Shown here piece by piece: positions 53,391 to 64,000 of a DNA stretch of 64,000 nucleotides; position 1 is the stretch's first letter; the number at the start of each line of letters is the position of its first letter. The notes under the pieces are model-generated. The model was not told the DNA's origin. It saw nothing but the letters and a program-made list of their open reading frames with translations, and made no database searches. This DNA is from Eledone cirrhosa. Its lineage: Eukaryota. The stretch spans positions 806,001-870,000 of the forward strand of contig OZ024750.1 of NCBI GenBank assembly GCA_964016885.1, read 5' to 3'. The translations under genes and the position numbers were made by a program.

Positions 53391-55177
53391 CTGCCAAGAA
53401 ATCCTGTCAATCCGATACTTTTTCGTTTTGTACAATCTCGAATGAATAAATTTTGGTCCTGAGAGCTTGATGGAGGCCATTGGTTTCGTGTTGGTTCGTA
53501 AGAATTCCTAGAATGTAAGTTGACCTCTACCAGACACGATTCCAATGGGTTGCTAGTATCGTATGTAGAGGTCTGCGAGTTGGTCCCAGTAGGAGAAACA
53601 TTAGAAATAGCACAACTAGTAGTTGCTTCAGCATTAACTGGGGTTCCAGTCGATACGGAATGGTCACTAAATTCATCACTAACCCCTGATGCTACTGAAA
53701 CACCGCAAGCAACATCTGTACAGGTACTTAGACTAGACAAACTAGAAGTGTCCACACAATTTAAAGAACAGCTTGTGCTCCGAGGACTCTGATCAACTTC
53801 TACATAATCTTTCTCACAATTTGAAGATTTGTCTTCGTTTTGAAATTTACAAGTCATAGGAACATATTCTATTTCTTTTTGTTTACCATGGTCAATACTA
53901 CCAGTGGTCAGTGAGCCCCAATCCTGAGATACCAACTGTTTGGTGGTGGGGATGTACAAAAGGGGAATGTTTTCAAGTACAGTAGATAACTTTCCGTTTT
54001 TACCTACCATAACAGTGACATCGTCAATCGGAGACATGGATGGGGTTGTACCACTGGTAGTATTTTGGCGAAGAAAGTTATGGCCAAGATCAGAGGCGGC
54101 CAACTTACTCTCCACGATCCGACTTAATCCATTCGTCAAAGGCAATTCAAGACTCCTATTATTATTATTGTTGGATAAGTGTGATCGAATATCTTGATTT
54201 TTGCCTTTCGAATGACCGCTAGCACCAGAAGTCGACGTCAAAGAAGGGTCGTTGATATTCTCTATGGAGTTCTGTGAAGACTCATTAGACTGATGATGGC
54301 AATTACCAGGATTTACATTTCCGAATCCAATGGAATCTTGCTTAGATTGTTGAACAGAACATTTCTCATCCTCATCAGAGTTTAAATCAACATTAGAAAG
54401 CCGTTCGAGCTGTAGAGTACACGAGACTCCAGCACATTCTGCTTTCTTGCGTCCATTTTCACAACAAATCGGTTGTGTATCTGCGGCATTAACTGAACGA
54501 ATGCCGTCAGGAGATTCTTTGTTATTATCAATAATTGTTGAGACAGGGTCTGGGGTTTGTTGTGTAAAAGAGCTAGAAGAAACAGCAGGGTGACTGTTAG
54601 AGTTACTGCTACCAATAAGTGAGGGGCGGCCAATTGCTGCACTAACAGCACCAACACACTGATTACTACTATTTGAAGCATCACAGCCAATGATAAGAGT
54701 TCGTGTGTGGTTCACATCTGCACAAGATTTGTCGTTATTTGATGCTACTATTTCTTGGTTATGAAGTGTAGAAGAAGTATTACTCTCCTTAAGGGAGGTA
54801 AAAGATGGGGGAGATGAAGTAAGAACATGGGAGGGGGAACTGCAGCTGTTGGAGCTGGTTGTTGTTGTTGATGTTGTAGTATTGGTGGTAGTACTAGTGG
54901 TGGTGGTGGTAGTCGTGTTATCGACGGCAGATTTTATCGGGTTGATATCACCATAGAGGTTGGTGGGGAATAATTTAACGACAGGAATTGCTTGTTCATC
55001 TCTCATTTCATTACACTTTTCATCTATCTCATTAATAATTTTGCCCAGTCGATCAGAAGACAGAGTATTGGCGGCGGTAAAATCCAATTCTTCACTCATG
55101 ACCGGTTTCATTCTGGCACTATCATGAGTTGTTTTGGGCGATTTTCTTCTAGTTTCAGGTTCAATGCACTTTCCCAT
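53391..55177 (-). CDS. TBC1D14: TBC1D12/TBC1D14-family Rab GTPase-activating protein, large first coding exon (disordered S/T/N-rich N-terminus)
   Basis: Lies in the 723-aa ORF 53348-55519. Ends ...RKSIGLTGFLG-AG|gtataa (phase-2 donor at 53390). Joined to the 19785 exon it reads GFLGRNLFRR...PGWKLFGRIPP, matching the TBC1D12/14 'F..RNLF...PGWKLFGKVPP' region. ATG at 55177 (tcATGG) is the preferred start, but the frame is open up to ATG 55519. Confidence 0.85.
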
Positions 55178-55519
55178 GACTGAAAAGCATTCATATGACA
55201 AGAGTAAGAGAAGAGAAGATGTTTCGTTGTGGTGAGGTTTCTTAATGAAAAGGTGGAGGTGAAAACAACATGAAAGAGGAGGTCTGGGTAGAGAAGAAAT
55301 GGAGCCGAAAGAAATGGAATGGAACCAGCAATTGTTACAAGAAAGCAGAGAGTAGTAATAATAATAATAAAGGGAATGTTTTGGTGTTGTGAAGAGAGGG
55401 AGAAATGTGAAAGCGGGAGAGACAAGCTGGACAGCAGGGAATCTATCAAAATCCCTACTTCTATCACAAAGATAATTGAATGGTTCACTATAGGCATCTT
55501 TTACAATATCCGGAGGCAT

Positions 55520-57000
55520 TAACGTTTTAGTTGACTGCCATCAAATTATACAAAAGTCAACCTTATTGTATTTGTTTTCATAGTTTCTATGTTTACAGCG
55601 TATTAAAGAAGACGGAAGACTGGCACGATCCTCCTAACATAATCTCCAGGTCTCCCCATAATTATTTTTTTCTCTTTATGGGATATGTTAAATGATTATC
55701 ACAAATAATACCTACAGTTTGTTTGTTTCACTTGCCAGGTGCATCCAAAGGTATGTTTATAGCCATGACTCTAACATTGCTACGTGAAAGCGGCAGCAAC
55801 GCCAATTAATGTGAAGACAGCCAACGCTACCATAGCTTATATGTTAATGAGGGGAGCGGCCTATAAACAACAACTATGTAACCTTGACGAGAAGTGTTTT
55901 GTTTGGGTTTTTTTAAAAATTTAGTAAAATATTTCTCTTGTAATAATTATTTCATTTTTTATAATGAAAATAATACCAATTCTATATTTATAAATATTTT
56001 TCATGTATTAAAATGTATTCTCTATTTGCGATAATAACATATTAACGTTGATATAAAATACGTGTAATGTGAATACTTTATTTAGATTTCAATTAATTTT
56101 TAATTTTCTATCCTACATAAGGTATTCTGTATATAATTGCTTTCAATAAATATCTGAAAAATTTTCCTTGATCGAAACCTTATCATTTTTTTAAAATTAT
56201 CGAATCCTTTTTCCCATCAGCCTTTGCTACAGCGCCTGTTTGAAAACAACAGCATGCTGCTATTACCGACACATGTCTCTTGATATTGATATATATTTAT
56301 AGAAAAGGTATCGACATATTTTTATTTTTTCCTTTACATCTCGTATATTTACCATTTCGCCACCATCAATGTATTTAAATTTCACCAATTCCTCATGTTA
56401 ATTTTCAGCACATTTTCAATTTTATATCTTACTAATTATGTAAAGTGTCAGAATTTGATTATTTGTCTTTTTAATTTCCTATTTAAAGCTAATTTCATAT
56501 ATAAGTTGTTTTTTATATAGTACGAAGAGTTCATTTAATAATTGACAGTTGTGTTGGCTTATTTTGAGTTTGCAAGCTAAAATAAACCGGTATAACGTCC
56601 AAGAAAGGTTAAAATCTTGAATCCGAGGAAACCAGTGGTTGCCAGCGACGGCAATAATTAGTTCCTTGTTCCTAACTCTCAGAACAAGGCTCAAAACATT
56701 AGATTCTACATTCCTCGTGGCAATTAACCCTTTCCCGGTGTTTGAATGGCGTGGTTACCTCCCTTTAGTGCTAATTAAAACATTCGCCCAGACTTTTATT
56801 GATATTTTTCTGTAGAAATAATTGGTGTATTTTTATATCACATACTCGTACTAGGCGCCAGGTATAAAACCTGTATACACATACACACATATATATATAT
56901 ATAGGTTAACAAAGCCATAGTTATTATGGCCTCGCCCTCATTATACACACGAGACAAGATTTGAACGTGGGAACACGCAAAAATGTACCGACTATATGTT
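55520..57000. promoter_or_regulatory. Bidirectional promoter / 5' non-coding exon region shared by TBC1D12/14 and RPP14
   Basis: Head-to-head genes, locally CpG-retaining sequence, and candidate first-exon donors (plus AAG|GTATGT at 55751; minus TAG|GTATTA at 55711). Exact TSSs are not determinable. Confidence 0.55.
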
Positions 57001-57164
57001 ATTCGTAATGGGAGCGACAGCATCTAGAATATGGTAAATATTTAGTTTATATTCAAGTTCATACACTTAACATGATGCACGATTTTAGGTTTGGGGGTCC
57101 TGTTATGGCTACCACTGTCTAGTGGAGTAGCGGTTCTAAACTGGAACCCGACAATCGCAAATTC

Positions 57165-57435
57165 AACAGGTATGCCTTCAACCTAGTCGTGGTATCCCTA
57201 TACACATCGCTACCTGCGCTTCCGGCTGTGGAGATACTGAATGTATCAGTTCCAGCGATCTAGATTGTTTCGGCCTCACCACTACTGGCATCTACCAGCT
57301 CCTATCCTTCGCTATCAACAACGCCTTCTTCTGCTTCCAGGGCCACACCTACCAACAGACTTCTGGACTACCCATAAGATCTAACCTGTCGTGTTTGCTG
57401 GCCATCTGCAGACTCGAACCTCGAGTACTCAGCTA
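57165..57435 (+). mobile_element. Decayed Penelope-like reverse transcriptase fragment
   Basis: Translates (one frameshift) to FNLVVVSLYTSLP...LLSFAINNAFFCFQGHTYQQTSGLPIRSNLSCLLA, matching the PLE RT motifs (S.DV.SLYT.IP; Y.Q..G.PMGS.LS..LA) with key residues mutated. Confidence 0.75.
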
Positions 57436-57612
57436 TAACCATCAGTTTAAATGCTAAAGAGTTAACAATGTCCTTGTTTTCATGGAAACACTGCTTAGCT
57501 ATGTGAATCATTGCAAAATGTTAAGAGTTCATGAAATTAATTGCATTCATTTTAAATTTCTGATTAGGATTGTATTATTTTTAAAAAAAATTATTTTATT
57601 GCTTTTAGGAAG

Positions 57613-57683
57613 ATGAAAACTTCTAAACTTCGAAGAACAATTTTGAAAAATCCCCCAAAGAATTGGTATTTATTAGTTAAGAT
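57613..57683 (+). CDS. RPP14: Ribonuclease P/MRP protein subunit p14, coding exon 1
   Basis: ttattgcttttag|gaagATG. Encodes MKTSKLRRTILKNPPKNWYLLVK-AT|gtatgt, aligning with RPP14 'R.V.KNP...Y.KV.L'. Confidence 0.88.
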
Positions 57684-58275
57684 GTATGTAACGTTTTTAC
57701 CATTTCGTAACATTTCTTTTTTACCATAATCAGTGTTCCTTTCCTTTTACCCTGTTGTCACCAATCAAAGTGAATTTACTCCCCAAATCAATATTAGCAA
57801 CACTTTTAAATTAAAAATTACACTTTATGATAATCACAATAACATGAAATAAGTAAAGAATGAAAAAACCCATTTAAAAGGGTTCCTAATAAGCATCTAA
57901 CATAATTTTATATAAGAACATTTTGTTACATTACAAATAACATTATAATTCTAGTAAATCTTTCCTAAATTGAGTCAACTTTATACTGTCAAGTTCAATA
58001 AAAACCAGTACCAGTCCTGTACTGGGGTTGATTCTCATTTCTTCTCCTTCATTGGGAGAAATTAACTGTGTTCAAACCTGGTTTTTAAAAAATGCCCAAG
58101 ACATGCTGTATGTCACTACAGCACCCCCACGATTCCATCAGGAATTGCTCGTACATACATAAATACACTCAATCAGATCCAAATCGGATTTGTGACATGC
58201 CTTCCATCATTTTTTCTTTAAAATAGAAAAGAAATTTGTAAGACTATCTAAACTAGTAATATATTTCTATTATAG

Positions 58276-58360
58276 AGAGTTTGCTGATCAATCTAACACC
58301 ATCAAGGCAGCAAGCTTCAAATCTCTGCTACTCAAAGCAATGAGATCCTTATATGGTGAA
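58276..58360 (+). CDS. RPP14: RPP14 coding exon 2 (85 nt)
   Basis: tattatag|A GAG TTT...GGT GAA|gtaagt. Encodes EFADQSNTIKAASFKSLLLKAMRSLYGE, versus human EFQDCGVGLNAAQFKQLLISAVKDLFGE. Confidence 0.93.
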
Positions 58361-58419
58361 GTAAGTACCTTGTGAATTTTTTTCACTTGAATATTATTTT
58401 TCTTAGTAATTTTTATTGA

Positions 58420-58700
58420 ACAATGGGGTGTAGATGAACTGAGAGAAAAACTGGGTATAAGAGGAATCAGATCTAGTGTACAAGAGAGAAGAGTTTAATG
58501 GTATGGACATATGGTGCACATAGATGAGGAAATGCCAGGTATTGCCAGTGGAAGGAAGCTGTAGTAGAAGAAGATCAAGAACAACCCAGGCAGAGATGGT
58601 GAGAAGCTGACAGAAGAGATGAAGGAATGCTACAAGTGGAGTGATGGCTGTGTTGCAAAGGATCTCTCTCAAGCACAGAAAATTGGACATAAAAATGAAT
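58420..58700 (+). mobile_element. RTE LINE 3' fragment in RPP14 intron 2
   Basis: Homologous to 30890-31150 (gatgaactgagagaaaa.ctgg...tggtatggacat). Confidence 0.7.
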
Positions 58701-58813
58701 TTTCATTCACTTAATTTAAGGTTAATATAAAATTAAATTAGAGGTAGTGTTGTAAAGAGTTTATGTTGTTCCATATTTTATTAATATTATCTATATTTAT
58801 TTCTTTCAAACAG

Positions 58814-58890
58814 CTTGCAGCTTCTGCAAATATCTTTATCCGGAAATTTGATGAGCCAAAACTTGAAGCTATAGTTATGGTGCCACATTC
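58814..58890 (+). CDS. RPP14: RPP14 coding exon 3 (77 nt)
   Basis: ttctttcaaacag|CTT GCA...CAT TC|gtaaga. Encodes LAASANIFIRKFDEPKLEAIVMVPHS. Phase 0-2 fits its neighbours. Confidence 0.9.
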
Positions 58891-59165
58891 GTAAGAAAGA
58901 TTATTATTACGGGGTCTATAAAATGAAGTACCAGTAATACACTGGGATAGTTGCTGGCCTTGTGCCAAAAGTAGAAACAATTATTATTATTTTTATTGCT
59001 TATCATTACCGCTTTACCGAGCACAGCTCTGTACACCTTGGGTATGAGCAGGGTAGTTTTTGCTGATGTTTCTATTTTAATTGATAGTACTTTTCATAAT
59101 GTGTGTGCATATTATTATTATAGATTTATTTGCACTATTGATTTTTTAAATGGCATCAGATTTAA

Positions 59166-59379
59166 CCCTTTAGTATTTACATTACTCTATATTTACTATT
59201 GTTTTCACAGTAAACACTTTATTTCATATAATTATCTCACATAGCATCGAATCCGAGATTTTCATATTATTTATTTTGAGAACAATACCTTAACATAAGC
59301 ATGAACAGCCAGTTATGGCCAGTTTGAACAGAAGGTAAGAGAATTCTGGCCAGGTATGGCCAGTTTAAATGCTAAATGC
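59166..59379. mobile_element. piggyBac-type MITE in RPP14 intron 3
   Basis: ttaa-CCCTTTAGTATTTAC...TAAATGCTAAATGC-ttaa. Confidence 0.8.
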
Positions 59380-59404
59380 TTAAGAAGAATTCTTTATATT
59401 CCAG

Positions 59405-59483
59405 GTATCTTGTTCATTTGTGGACTAGCATCGTTACAATAACTGATTTGTGTCTCAAAGATTGTACGCTTCATGTTCTTCAG
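59405..59483 (+). CDS. RPP14: RPP14 coding exon 4 (79 nt)
   Basis: tatattccag|G TAT...CTT CAG|gtaaag. Encodes YLVHLWTSIVTITDLCLKDCTLHVLQ, versus human GLVKLWSSLTLLGSYKGKKCAFRVIQ. Confidence 0.92.
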
Positions 59484-59769
59484 GTAAAGATTTTATTAAC
59501 TTCTATAAAAATTATCGATTTGTTGATAACATTATCAAGAAGCTATTTTGTTGATGTTAAAAAAAAAAAGATTTTAATGAAAACATTTGAACTTCCTCCA
59601 CTCTACTCTTGTGGTTTCTATTACAAGGGAGAGAACTTGTGTAAGATCTATATTCATTTAATATTTATTCAAATTCTGTTGTTTCAGTTATAATATTTAT
59701 TTCCCTAATATTAACATACATACAACTTGTTTCTAACTAATTGTGCCTTATCAGTACAAACTAATTGTA

Positions 59770-60030
59770 AGACTGTCTCAAGCGTGGAAGTTTATGATGC
59801 CTGTGCTTATCCTGGTTTCATGGTGTGAAGCGATTGAGAGTACATGACTCCCCTGGACAGGTTGCCTGTCCATAGCAGTGTTAAACCTCCAGCTATTACT
59901 GAGACTCATTTTCAGCTGAGTATACTGGAGCAATGTGAAATGAAGTGTTTTGCTCAAGAACACAACACACAACCCAGTCCAGGAATCAAACCCATGATTG
60001 TAAGTCCAACACACCACCAGGTCACTAATT
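59770..60030 (-). mobile_element. Family-C SINE in RPP14 intron 4
   Basis: Reverse complement of the 6803 family. Confidence 0.7.
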
Positions 60031-60364
60031 AGGATCCATTAAATTCATATAACAATTATAAAATTTATCAAAGGTGGATGGAAGACGGGAAGAATGATTG
60101 TGGGAGATAAAAACAAAATTGATACACGTACGTGATAACAGCTGTATATATAATAGTTATATTGATGTGGTTTTAGCTTTTAATCTTCTGGGCACTGTAG
60201 GCACATTATGTCGCTATAATCTCCCCCTTACTACATAATGTAGTGTCAAGGGAAGCAATTCAGCATCTAAAGGTTAAATAGTAGTAATAGCATCAGTAGG
60301 AATAGTGGTAGTTTTAGTTGTAGTAAAGCAGAAACTTAATAAAGATTTTGAACTTCTTTTGCAG

Positions 60365-60424
60365 GTGTCACAGCATTTAATGGCGATTGGAAACTCAAGT
60401 CGACAGCTTAGTTATCCAATGTAG
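60365..60424 (+). CDS. RPP14: RPP14 last coding exon
   Basis: cttcttttgcag|GTG TCA...ATG TAG. Encodes VSQHLMAIGNSSRQLSYPM*, versus human VSPFLLALSGNSRELVLD. Spliced CDS totals 372 nt = 123 aa. Confidence 0.92.
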   Translation: MSQHLMAIGNSSRQLSYPM

Positions 60425-60584
60425 ACAGTTCCAGGAAAGTTTAAACATTCGGATGTTTTGAAGTGTGATTGTAAAGAATTGTCATTCTGTTTATTTTCTT
60501 TCTTGACAAACAATAATTCAGCTTTTCTTGGTTCAAAACCAATCAACTTCAAAATGCTTTTCTAAAGAGATTTCTGCTAATTTA

Positions 60585-60590
60585 AATAAA
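60585..60590 (+). terminator. Probable RPP14 polyadenylation signal
   Basis: AATAAA about 160 nt after the stop, followed by a GT/T-rich tract (tttctgtattgttgtgttt). Confidence 0.5.
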
Positions 60591-61137
60591 TATTTTATAT
60601 ATATTTCTGTATTGTTGTGTTTATTATTTTACATTGTTTTAAAGTTATATATCGTAGAGAAATGGCAGCGAATTGGCAGAGTTGTTAGAATGTCTGATAG
60701 GTTGCTTTCAGCTCTCTACTGTCAGAGAAATAGTGTTTACTATTGTATTTTCACAGTAAATGCTAAAGGGTTAATACTAAATCATAAAAATTAGGGCCTC
60801 AAATTTCATATAGGCTCTGTGTATATATGCCACGCCATGAACCTTAAACTTATGATGGAGTTGTATGAACCTATAGAGATAAATGGTGTATCCTGGTTAT
60901 TTTAAACTTGGTGCAGCTTATACCAACCTAGATCTTACAGCCAATCTCTTCCAGGCAAAGAGAGGAAGTGAAAAGGGGATAAAGAAGACCCAAATACTGT
61001 TACTTTATCAACTACGAAAGGGTTAAAGGCAGAGTTGATTTTAGCAAAATTTGAACCCTGACCACAGAAATCTGTAATAAATACTGCAAAACATTCTATT
61101 TGACGTTTTTAATGACTCGGGCCAAGTTGTCTTCTTG

Positions 61138-61337
61138 CATTTTAACATTACTCTATATTTACTATTGTGTTTTCACGGTAAAGGATTTATCTCACATAAT
61201 ATCAAATCTATGACATTTTGATATTATTTATTTTGAGAACAATACCCTAACATTGGTATGAGCAGCCAATTACGGCTGGTTTAAACAGAAAGAGATGAGA
61301 ATTCTGGCCAGATATGGCTGGTTTAAATGTTAGAGGG
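61138..61337. mobile_element. piggyBac-type MITE, same family
   Basis: Shared internal sequence ending tttaaatgttagaggg-ttaa. Confidence 0.7.
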
Positions 61338-61779
61338 TTAAATACATTTAAATATTTACATCAGAATGATATCAGTATACCATAAAACAACAGTAAAGTA
61401 AAACTTGTTTTCTCCCAAGAGAAAAGACACGAAAATAGCTGCAATGTCACTAACATAAAAATATACTGATGGCCTTCAGTAATTCCTAAGAAATCAATGT
61501 TTTGTCCTCATCAAGGCTACCCTGTGTCTGCTATCATAAAGACTTCAGGCTTACAATGTATATGTAAATGTATCCCACACACCTACTCCATCCTCTTACT
61601 TCCATCTACACCACCCTTTCTCTGTAAAGTTATGTTGGTACCACAGAACATCCAGCCCATACTAAAGTGGTTGTGTAGGTGTCACGACAAAAAGCACCCA
61701 GTTCACCCTGTAAAGTAGTTGGTGCTAGGAAGGGCATCATAAAGTTCTATACAAGCCAGACATTAAACGATGACATATT

Positions 61780-61976
61780 TATATCAAGATGGATACAGTA
61801 AGAAACTAGTTAGACAATTACACACCAGAGTGCTCAATACTTGGGGTCGTAGAGTATGGTTGTATGAAAGAGTCAGGACCCCGACGGCTGAGCTCTTGCT
61901 GTCTCAACAGCTAGAGTCTGGAACTGACTGTTGAAACGGCAAGAGCTCAGCCATCGGGGGTCCTGACTCTTTCATA
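61780..61976 (-). mobile_element. (TA)n-associated fold-back element, same family as 26853-27052
   Basis: About 48-bp inverted repeat (61863-61910 / 61928-61976) sharing ggaccccgacggctgagctc and the ctcaatactt.ggg flank. Confidence 0.55.
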
Positions 61977-62245
61977 TATGATATATAATATACATATATA
62001 TATATATATATATACATACACACAATATATATATATATACATACACAATATATATATACATACACACAATATATATATATATATACATACACAATATATA
62101 TATACATACAATATATATATACTTCATTATAATCTCATATATATATATATACATACACACATATATATATACATACACACAATATATATATATATATATA
62201 TACACACTATATATACTTCATTATAATCTCATATATATATGTGTG
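61976..62245. repeat. (TA)n/(CA)n compound microsatellite
   Basis: Direct inspection. Similar tracts at 50015-50057, 50765-51092, 63050-63260 and 63640-63895. Confidence 0.9.
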
Positions 62246-63398
62246 TCCACTTCAGGAGTTTCCTGCTTAACACTTCATCATTATAAAACAATATATTATA
62301 CATCACTCTAGCCATGTATTCAGTTTTCTCTCTTGTTTCTATAGACAAACATAACTTTCATAGGTTTTGGCCAGTTTTGGCCCAGGCCATGTCTAACTTA
62401 ATAGCACCATCTACCATATATATATATTGTGGAACCTCAGTTCACAAACTTAAGGCTGTTTGTCACCTGAAATGTTTGTAAACCGAAACTATTTTTCCCA
62501 TACAAAATGTTGAGAGAGGAACTGTGTGTAAAAGATATCATCACTGTAACTAAATACACAGCAATAATATAAAATAATTGAACAAACTATATTTATGGCT
62601 GAACTTTTATTAAAACAAATCAAAATAAAATCATTTATTAACCCATGTTTTAAATACAACAATGGATATAAGAAACACAATAAAAAAATAACAACGGCTT
62701 GACATAAATTTTCGTTGAAAATTAAAGTATATTTCTACATGACAATATTTGAAGGTTATAAAGAGATTTTAAGTTTAAAATATTGTACAATGACGAAAAC
62801 ATACAAGTGAAATTTTGTTTAAGAAGTGACATCAGCGATGAAACAAGGCTAAAATTGGAAGATCATATAAATGGAAAGAAGAAAGTTTTGTCTACAGTTA
62901 TTAGAGGGGGTGACAAGAAAATACTTTGGTAATAAACAGGGAGAGCCGAGAGGGAGGGAAAAAAATGAAGGAATAATTCAATTTATTTATTAAACTTTAT
63001 ATTTATGAAAATTTAAAATTCATTTATTGATCGGATATATTTGTTTATTGATATATATATGTGTGTGTGTGTATACATGTGTATATATATATGTGTGTAT
63101 ACATGTGTATGTGTATATATATATATGTGTATATATGTGTATACATGCGTGTGTGTACATGTGTATAATTATATATAATTGTAAATATGCATAATCTTTG
63201 AACACATGTCTATGTATGTATAATATATATATTTGTGTATGTGTGTATATATATATATATGAAAACCTGTCAATCACTCTTGTTTCAACCGGTTGTATAA
63301 TTTCTTGCCTTAAAAGCAAGAATCAATCTTCAGACACAAGGATGACACTTAAACATGTAGAATAGACATCAACCAAGTAATATATTGTCAAGACATGT

Positions 63399-63490
63399 AC
63401 ATGTCACCCAGACGTCGTCCAGATATCCACATGTCACCCAGACGTCGTCCAGATATCCACATGTCACCCAGACGTCGTCCAGACACCCAG
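63399..63490. repeat. 30-bp tandem repeat, ~3 copies
   Basis: Unit acatgtcacccagacgtcgtccagatatcc. Confidence 0.9.
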
Positions 63491-64000
63491 GTGTCAATAT
63501 ATTGTCCAGGTATCTCGAGATTGATATACAAGTTTTAAAGCAAGGTTTAAATCTGAGAATTATGGGGAACTTAGTAACCAAGTGGACAAACAGGTAGAAA
63601 TTATGCAAATATATACTTCAACTTTGTCATATATGTCTTGATTATATATACAATTATATGTGTGTGTTTATATATATATATATATACAATATATATGTAC
63701 ATATATATATACTATATATATGTACATGTGTACAATATATATATATATATGTACATGTATGTATTATATATATACATATTTATATGTACATGTATGTATT
63801 TTATATATATACACATATATGCATACATAGATACATAGAAATATATATATATATATACACAGATACATGTACACTATATATGTGTGTGTATGTAACTTAA
63901 AGAAGCTTGCCAGTCGGTCGTATGATAATGGTCTGGCTGATGATTGTTATGATTGAATGAAATGTTGACATAAGATGCACCAATAAGTGTTTTATCTTCT

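Noticed and set aside
59376-59693. 105-aa ORF as a stand-alone gene
   Set aside because: Only 59405-59483 is exonic (RPP14 exon 4). The rest is intron.
60425-64000. HTD2 second cistron downstream of RPP14
   Set aside because: No suitable ORF. The region is UTR-like sequence, MITE/SINE fragments and microsatellites.

Overview
AT-rich, repeat-dense animal genomic DNA. The SINE/MITE repertoire and microsatellite load look like a coleoid cephalopod, probably Octopus (inference). Two spliced genes sit head-to-head. (1) A TBC1D12/TBC1D14-family Rab-GAP on the minus strand: a large first coding exon (55177-53391), then exons at 19785-19555 and 2919-2837. The TBC domain exons continue beyond the left edge. 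Two further phase-compatible candidate alternative exons lie in the 33.6-kb intron (41670-41627 and 30163-30020). (2) A complete 5-coding-exon RPP14 (RNase P/MRP subunit p14, 123 aa) on the plus strand (57613-60424), mostly invisible to the ORF track and lacking the downstream HTD2 ORF of the vertebrate bicistronic mRNA. The rest is intronic: tRNA-derived SINEs, RTE/CR1/Penelope fragments, TTAA-flanked piggyBac-type MITEs, Tc2-like MITEs, minisatellites and microsatellites. The most notable non-coding signals are several hammerhead-ribozyme-like cores (best at 9848-9917, minus) and fold-back hairpins in (TA)n-associated Penelope-like remnants, a young 602-bp bipartite RTE-derived element, and one RTE 3'-end unit expanded into minisatellites at two separate loci.
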